From NCBI GenBank assembly GCA_051382305.1, contig JBBCAV010000308.1, forward strand, positions 1-20,955: 20,955 bases of DNA. Direction: 5' to 3'. The notes below the pieces were generated by a model. It searched no databases, was not told the origin of the DNA, and worked only from the letters and a program-made list of their open reading frames with translations. Of the stretch, positions 16,443 through 20,955 are shown in pieces; position 1 is the first letter of the stretch, and the number at the start of each line of letters is the position of its first letter. This DNA is from Bdellovibrionota bacterium FG-2 (GTDB taxonomy: Bacteria > Bdellovibrionota > UBA1018). Position numbers and translations under genes: made by a program.

Positions 16443-17568
16443 ACGATTTTCATGGCGCTACTACCTCCCGATTAAAATTGATTGGTACGTCCTAGGGGAA
16501 GTCTTCTCGCCCTTTGTGGGGGGCGTGGTTTTTTTCATTTTTATCTTTCTCATGTTTCAAATGCTCCGCCTTGCGGAGCTTTTCATTAAACACGGCATCC
16601 CCGGGATGACCTTGCTCAAAATGACTGCGCTTCTTGCTCTGTCGTTCATGCCTACGGCGCTGCCAGTGGCGTTCTTGATCGCTATCCTAGTCGCCTTTGG
16701 TCGCCTCTCCTCTGATAGTGAGCTCGTGGCCCTCAAAGCCAGTGGCATGAGCGTGCTGAGGCTTTCCGCCCCGATTACACTGCTTTCGCTTTTACTCGTC
16801 GTGCTTTCGGTTTTCCTCAACAACGAATGGGTCCCGTGGGGAGAGCGCACCTTCAAGAACACTCTCATCAAAGTCAGTAACACCAAAGCGGTGGCCAATA
16901 TCAGAGAAGGAACCTTTAACGCGGGCTTCTTTGATCTTCTGATATTTGCCGATAAAGTAGATCCCGCGACAAACCGAATGAGTAAGGTTTTTATTTTCGA
17001 CGAACGAGAGGCAAAAAATCCGGTTACGGTTGTAGCCAATGCCGGTGAAATCGTACCCGTAAAAATGGAATCCGAATTAGGAGCCGCTGCCGTCCTCCGA
17101 CTCTACAACGGCGGCATTCATCGCAACGACATTGGCACCGAGATCTATCAAAAAATAAATTTTGGAGAATATCGACTCTACCTCAAAGTCGATGAAGGCA
17201 CGGGAGACTCCACAATCAAACCCCGCATGATTCTTCAGAAGGAACTCTCGCGACTGGTGAGTGTTTCCGATGAGACGACCTATTTTGGCCGCGAGTATCG
17301 GGGCGAATATTGGCGGCGAATTTCCGTAGCCATTACCCCTATCATTTTTGTTTTCCTAGGAATCGGCTTTGGAACCACGCGAACTCGCTCCGTCCGCGCA
17401 GGCGCAGCGCTGGTCGCTTTTTCTATCCTCCTTGTTTACTGGGGCATCCAAACGAGTGCCACGATTGCAGTCCAAAACGGAACCCTTCCCGCAGCCTTTG
17501 CCATGCAGATTCCCAATATTATATTGGTGATTTTAGCCATCTTTGGCTTCAAAAAGGCGTCTTGGTAG
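16432..17568 (+). CDS. lptF: LPS export ABC permease LptF/LptG family (LptF-like)
   Basis: IDWYVLGE, FGRLSSDSELVALKASGMS (coupling-helix signature), IREGTFN periplasmic beta-jellyroll, three C-terminal TM helices with QIPNII. Confidence 0.9.
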   Translation: MPTRRFSWRYYLPIKIDWYVLGEVFSPFVGGVVFFIFIFLMFQMLRLAELFIKHGIPGMTLLKMTALLALSFMPTALPVAFLIAILVAFGRLSSDSELVALKASGMSVLRLSAPITLLSLLLVVLSVFLNNEWVPWGERTFKNTLIKVSNTKAVANIREGTFNAGFFDLLIFADKVDPATNRMSKVFIFDEREAKNPVTVVANAGEIVPVKMESELGAAAVLRLYNGGIHRNDIGTEIYQKINFGEYRLYLKVDEGTGDSTIKPRMILQKELSRLVSVSDETTYFGREYRGEYWRRISVAITPIIFVFLGIGFGTTRTRSVRAGAALVAFSILLVYWGIQTSATIAVQNGTLPAAFAMQIPNIILVILAIFGFKKASW

Positions 17569-17585
17569 ATCTCAAACCAATATTG

Positions 17586-17623
17586 GGGGCATTGGAAATC
17601 CCGAAACACGCTTCCAAAGCCCC
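17586..17623. terminator. Stem-loop downstream of lptF (possible terminator)
   Basis: GGGGC-A-TTGGAA ...14 nt... TTCCAA-A-GCCCC, 17 nt after the lptF stop; no clear U-tract. Confidence 0.35.
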
Positions 17624-17800
17624 GTCCCCAAATCCGTCAGTTTATTGACTGTAGAAATCGAGCCTAAAAGAAGCCATTTACTCAGCAATTCAGGGATAAC
17701 TTTCACCACGTTTGTTTAAATATGATGATATAAGACAAAATAAGTAACAAAATCAACCACATACGCAGTGTTGATAAGTCGATGCATTCACAGTGATAAC

Positions 17801-18859
17801 CTAGTCTATTTCTGGGGACGAGCTGGCGATGGGGCGAGGGAGTGGCACTTGCGCTCCGCGCAAAGCTTTTTCAGTATTGAAAATATTCTGAAGATTCTTA
17901 GCCTCTTCAGGCGGGAAAACGAGGGTGGGGTCCTGAGAAGGAGAGATGGGAAGCTTTGCGTCAGACAATGACTTATTGGGCCCATTGTTGTGACTAAAAA
18001 GCACTACCCCTGGACGAGAGGTCTGAAAAAACACTTTCTCGGCAGCTCGAAGCACTAAAATGCGCCCTTTTCTCAAAATAAAGCGCATCATCGGCCGCGC
18101 ATCCACTTTATACCTTACCCAAATATCGTCCTGAGCGCGAATCACAACCTTATGCTTAATCTCTTGGATCTTAAGAGGAAGACCAGAATTAAGGGGATCC
18201 TTTTCCGCGCGCTTCAGTCCCTCGGCAGCAGGTAGCGGACGGGGCTTAGGAGAGGGAACAAGCGGAAATACGAGCGGCAGCGATGCCGGTAACGAAGAAG
18301 GAACCACAACTGGCGCCAGTACTTCCGACACCAAAGGTAACAATGAAGGCGCGGCAGAAGGAGACACCGAAGGAAAAGCTGAAGGGGCTGGCGAAGCGAG
18401 ACCCACCGGGACGGCCACCGAACTCACTTTCTCTGCATGCGATCCACGCCTATGCTTTAAGGTGGGTTTGAGAATTCCAATCACCAGCCCCCCAATGAGC
18501 ACAAACCCCCCAAGAGTAAGCCAGAGCATCGTACGCCCCTGATCCCCATCGCGCCGCTCAAACGCATAGCCGCTATGACCCGATTCACGACTGGGCCGAT
18601 TTTTAGCCTTGAGACCAATGAAGTCCCCAAAGCGCGTCAGCACTTCTTGGGGTTCCAATCCAATAAACCTCACATAAGACGTAACAAAACCCCTAACAAA
18701 AGGTTTCGCCGGGAGGTCCGTATAATCATCCGCTTCGAGCGCATGCAGTGTCTTGACCCCAATTTTGGTCGCGGAGGCAACCTGCTCGATAGTGATGCCA
18801 CACCGCTCGCGCTCGGTCCGAAGAAACTCGCCTAAACTCAGAGAGGATTCGTCTGCCAT
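17801..18859 (-). CDS. rodZ: RodZ-like cytoskeleton protein (HTH-TM-Pro-rich linker-periplasmic domain)
   Basis: LGEFLRTERERCGITIEQVASATKI, LPAKPFVRGFVTSYVRFIGLE, single TM, Pro/Ser linker, C-terminal beta domain (IRAQDDIWVRYKVD). Confidence 0.85.
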   Translation of the reverse strand: MADESSLSLGEFLRTERERCGITIEQVASATKIGVKTLHALEADDYTDLPAKPFVRGFVTSYVRFIGLEPQEVLTRFGDFIGLKAKNRPSRESGHSGYAFERRDGDQGRTMLWLTLGGFVLIGGLVIGILKPTLKHRRGSHAEKVSSVAVPVGLASPAPSAFPSVSPSAAPSLLPLVSEVLAPVVVPSSLPASLPLVFPLVPSPKPRPLPAAEGLKRAEKDPLNSGLPLKIQEIKHKVVIRAQDDIWVRYKVDARPMMRFILRKGRILVLRAAEKVFFQTSRPGVVLFSHNNGPNKSLSDAKLPISPSQDPTLVFPPEEAKNLQNIFNTEKALRGAQVPLPRPIASSSPEID

Positions 18860-18860
18860 T

Positions 18861-19643
18861 TTAGGGGAGTGTCCTTAATCTTTTCATGGCCTGTTCCGCG
18901 CTGCGCGTGTTGGGAAACCGCTGTTCGATTTCTAGAAACTTCTTGCGCGCGAGCTCAAACCTTTTGCTCTCTTCGTAAGTGATTCCGATTGCCAAGTGGG
19001 CTTCAGAAAATGCCCCACAAAAACGCTTTGAAGCTTGATCATAATCTCGGATCGCGTCCTCAAACTGTGAGTCCCGTAAATGCAAATGACCTCGATAGTA
19101 GTAGGCAATGCATGCATTGGCTGGGGCAGAATCAATCGCCCGATTAAAAAATTCTCCCGCTTTTGAAAACTCACTTTTCTTGTAATAAATTACACCCAAA
19201 AGAGAAAGAGGCTTAAAAAGCTCGCGATTAACGGGATCGGCCAGGGCGATGTTGAGATGCAAAATCGCTTCATCCATCCTCCCCGAATCCAATAGCAACT
19301 TTCCCAACGTGCTTTGCGCGGAAGAATAAGTTGGCGCTAGTTCCACAGCCTTTTCTGCTGCTTTTAGCGCTTCAGCCAAATTTTTTCTTGCGAAAAAAGC
19401 CAACGCTTTTGAATGATGAATCTCCGGGAGCTTAGGATCCTCAGATTCTGCCCGTATCAAACTTTCTAGCGCACTCGTGGGGTCGCCTTCATCCAAGAGG
19501 CCATTTGCCATCTCCACTAAAATTCGGGCGCGCTCAGTTTTAGAAAGCTCCTTTTTTGTGGGCGCATGTGAGCAAGCACCGCAGGCCAAAGCCAGGGCAA
19601 GAAACACAGAGAAACAAAAGACAGGAGTGACTCGGAGTTGCAT
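18861..19643 (-). CDS. TPR lipoprotein, PilW/PilF/Tgl (type IV pilus pilotin)-like
   Basis: Signal peptide with lipobox-like ACGA-C; tandem TPRs (AEKAVELAPTYSSAQSTLG, AYYYRGHLHL); FPNTRSAEQA C-terminus; directly upstream of rodZ. Confidence 0.75.
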   Translation of the reverse strand: MQLRVTPVFCFSVFLALALACGACSHAPTKKELSKTERARILVEMANGLLDEGDPTSALESLIRAESEDPKLPEIHHSKALAFFARKNLAEALKAAEKAVELAPTYSSAQSTLGKLLLDSGRMDEAILHLNIALADPVNRELFKPLSLLGVIYYKKSEFSKAGEFFNRAIDSAPANACIAYYYRGHLHLRDSQFEDAIRDYDQASKRFCGAFSEAHLAIGITYEESKRFELARKKFLEIEQRFPNTRSAEQAMKRLRTLP

Positions 19644-19651
19644 CTCCTTAT

Positions 19652-19680
19652 AGACTAAAAGGCAAAGCCCTCGATGTCAA
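19652..19680 (-). promoter_or_regulatory. Putative internal sigma70 promoter for pilW-rodZ
   Basis: TTGACA-N17-TAGTCT, 8 nt before ATG 19643; the -35 box overlaps the rlmD stop codon. Confidence 0.55.
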
Positions 19681-20798
19681 AGGGCAATCAACTTTGCCAG
19701 CGATTCAACATGAGGAGTTTGAGGGAAAAAATCCAAAGCCCCCAGACGATTCACCTTCCAGCCGGCCCGAACAAAGCGGGAGACATCTCGAGCCCAAGAA
19801 TCAGGGTCACATCCGGCAAGGATCACTTCGCTCACACCCAAAGCCTTGAGCGCCCCTTGAATCGCTGAAAAATCCTGCCCCAACCCAATTCGTGGTGGAT
19901 CCAAGATTGCCGACCAACGTTTTCCAGAAAAACGGAGCGCAAGGCCATGAACCTCGGTTTTCAGCCAATCCAAGACGTTATTTGAATGAGAATGAAAATT
20001 TCCAGGGCAATCCCCAACATAAGTTTGCACATCCACGCAATGAACCTCAGAGGAATTTGCTGCCAGCTCTAACGACAGATTTCCCGATCCCCCGAAAAGA
20101 TCCAACAGGGGCTGCCCTGGGGTCACTTGCGACTCCACCCACTCTTTGAGCTTCACGTTCTGAGCGTCATGGACTTGTCGAAAGCCCCTAGCGCTATGGC
20201 CGGCGTTCCAAGTTTTGGAGACCTGCCCGCCTTCGGAGGCTGGGGCTACCTCGAGTTCAAGTTTGTAGGGACGCTTGAGCTTTGCGCCTTCGGTCTTGGC
20301 TTCATCCCACGCGGCGTTGATCTCTGCCCGCGCGATATCACATCGTTGTAAAGACACGACATCATGAGTTCCACGAGCATAAAAACCCAAGGTGTCACGA
20401 AACCCTCGGAGTTGAATCCGGTTTCGGTATTCCCAAATCTGCTCCGCCGGGAGTTCATCAAACGGGATTTGGGCGGAATCTACTTGGACCCGCGCCAAGG
20501 CATGCTTAACCCCAGCCGTTTTTGTTTTCCACTGAAGGTCATACGACAGGTGCTGCCACTCGCAGCCGCCACATTTTCCAAATGCCGGACACCTTGGGGT
20601 TAGGCGCTGAGGCGAAGGCTTAAGGACCTCGATGAGTTCCCCCTGCGCATAGCGCTTTTCAGCCGAAATAATTCGGGCTGAGACCGTGTCTCCGGGCGCC
20701 GTAAAGGGTACAAAAACAACACGCCCGGTGGCGTCTCGGGACACGCCGGCCCCGCCACGTGAAAGATCCGAAATTTCTAAAGTAATGGTTTCATTCAC
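19677..20798 (-). CDS. rlmD: RNA (uracil-C5)-methyltransferase, RlmD/TrmA family, with TRAM domain
   Basis: TRAM (ISDLSRGGAGVSR...VFVPFTAPGD), Fe-S motif CPAFGKCGGCEWQH, YRNR, LDLFGGSGNL, LDPPRIGL, catalytic Cys in GCDPDSWARD, DFFPQTPHVE. Exact rRNA target is uncertain. Confidence 0.88.
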   Translation of the reverse strand: MNETITLEISDLSRGGAGVSRDATGRVVFVPFTAPGDTVSARIISAEKRYAQGELIEVLKPSPQRLTPRCPAFGKCGGCEWQHLSYDLQWKTKTAGVKHALARVQVDSAQIPFDELPAEQIWEYRNRIQLRGFRDTLGFYARGTHDVVSLQRCDIARAEINAAWDEAKTEGAKLKRPYKLELEVAPASEGGQVSKTWNAGHSARGFRQVHDAQNVKLKEWVESQVTPGQPLLDLFGGSGNLSLELAANSSEVHCVDVQTYVGDCPGNFHSHSNNVLDWLKTEVHGLALRFSGKRWSAILDPPRIGLGQDFSAIQGALKALGVSEVILAGCDPDSWARDVSRFVRAGWKVNRLGALDFFPQTPHVESLAKLIAL

Positions 20799-20854
20799 TC
20801 CCTGCTTATGGAGAAGTGCGGCGGAAAAGTCAATGCAAGTTGGCCGGGGGCTAA

Positions 20855-20955
20855 ATCAGCTACCACCGGCAATGCCGGTGGTTTGGAAGGCGTGAACCGC
20901 TCAAAGCAGTTGAAAATACTGGCGCCGGTCCTACTGCCGGCGTTTACTTAAACAG
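20855..20955 (-). mobile_element. Probable right end of an IS200/IS605-family element, truncated by the window edge
   Basis: Minus strand ...CTG TTT AAG TAA (LFK*, stop 20944-20946), then three hairpins: CGCCGG/CCGGCG (20923-20942), AACTGCT-TTG-AGCGGTT (20895-20911), ACCACCGGC-ATT-GCCGGTGGT (20862-20882). The layout matches my recollection of tnpA 3' ends; the transposase itself is outside the window. Confidence 0.55.

Noticed and set aside
17711..17745. Possible dif (XerCD) site in the AT-rich gap
   Set aside because: The best alignment to the XerD arm TTATGTTAAAT is only about 7/11, with no convincing XerC arm.
18230..18420. Pro/Ser-rich repetitive stretch in rodZ as a DNA repeat
   Set aside because: Low-complexity periplasmic linker typical of RodZ; no regular nucleotide repeat unit.
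1..20955. CRISPR array, tRNA, rRNA or prophage genes
   Set aside because: No regularly spaced repeats, cloverleaf motifs or phage hallmark proteins seen; intergenic gaps are short and otherwise explained.

Overview
Gene-dense chromosomal window from a diderm (LPS-making) bacterium. The gene mix resembles Bdellovibrionota/Oligoflexia or another deltaproteobacteria-like lineage, but that is inference. Left to right: the 5' end of a lipoprotein gene behind a sigma54-like/IHF promoter; a complete ptsG(IICBA)-ptsH-ptsI operon in Bacillus order, with an inverted repeat covering the ptsG Shine-Dalgarno; an atypical receiver-TPR protein; a secreted hypothetical gene broken by one in-frame TAG; an MntA/HepT (MNT-HEPN) toxin-antitoxin pair running into a YegD-like Hsp70; two divergent cNMP-binding genes, one with an in-frame TAA; a minus-strand pepA / outer-membrane beta-barrel / matrixin (GC-TM tail) / asnS / trmL run; wcaJ-like phosphoglycosyltransferase overlapping a lone lptF/G; rodZ, pilW/tgl-like TPR lipoprotein and rlmD-like methyltransferase; and a probable IS200/IS605 end at the right edge. 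No rRNA, tRNA or CRISPR array was seen. Several ORF-track starts were corrected by reading RBS, promoter and signal-peptide context.
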